A stretch of DNA of 15,999 nucleotides, from NCBI GenBank assembly GCA_016866975.1, contig VGKP01000016.1, positions 1 to 15,999 on the forward strand, given 5' to 3'. The stretch comes from Candidatus Pacearchaeota archaeon (GTDB lineage: Archaea; Nanobdellota; Nanobdellia; Pacearchaeales; GW2011-AR1). Below the pieces are notes generated by a model. That model saw only the letters and a program-made list of their open reading frames with translations, did not search any database and was not told the DNA's origin. Within the stretch, counting starts at the first letter, position 1. The number at the start of each line of letters is the position of its first letter. The position numbers and the translations under genes were made by a program. Shown piece after piece: positions 15,899 to 15,999 of this stretch.

Positions 15899-15998
15899 GC
15901 GATTTAACGAAGTTTGCAATAGTATTTTGAGCGAAGCGAACTATCTTGAAAAAATGCAAATTTGGGCAAAATCCTGCAGGGATTTTCCTTTAAATCGC
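15899..15998 (+). repeat. Structured repeat module 3
   Basis: GCGATTTAA (15899-15907) and TTAAATCGC (15990-15998) enclose GAGCGAAGCGAA and AATTTGGGC-AAAATCCT-GCA-GGGATTTT (15959-15986). Confidence 0.75.
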
Positions 15999-15999
15999 T

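Noticed and set aside
14394-15986. CRISPR array
   Set aside because: The repeats are 750-820 bp apart with genes between them, and no cas genes are present.
14369-15998. Canonical integron attC array
   Set aside because: Only module 3 has an RYYYAAC match and its GTTRRRY is imperfect. The two ORFs are in opposite orientations and have their own promoters, and no intI is present. Kept only as an analogy.

Overview
This looks like archaeal chromosomal DNA, most consistent with a DPANN lineage such as Pacearchaeota or Woesearchaeota. That assignment is inferred from gene content and style, not from a phylogeny. Core genes present are TBP, ATP-dependent DNA ligase, RadB, RNA polymerase subunit L (Rpo11), an aMBF1-like HTH protein, a GINS51-type subunit, FtsY and an intron-containing tRNA-Thr(UGU) with a strict bulge-helix-bulge. 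Interspersed accessory genes encode a LamG/Cys-repeat surface protein, a GT-C-like glycosyltransferase, an LMW-PTP-like phosphatase, a GpmA-type mutase, a YdjM-like hydrolase, a YfbR-like HD protein, a NUDIX hydrolase and several small membrane proteins. Many genes have a TATA box about 22-30 nt upstream of the ATG, which suggests leaderless transcripts and lets several starts be corrected. The least explained material is non-coding. It includes a family of structured palindromic modules at 14369-15999 that bracket single small ORFs, a GC-rich multi-stem region at about 14983-15300, twin bulged hairpins at 4-122 resembling IS200/IS605 ends, and a related hairpin inside the tRNA intron. No transposase, integrase, Cas gene or CRISPR array is visible in the window. 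All calls are from motif recognition by eye; no searches were run.
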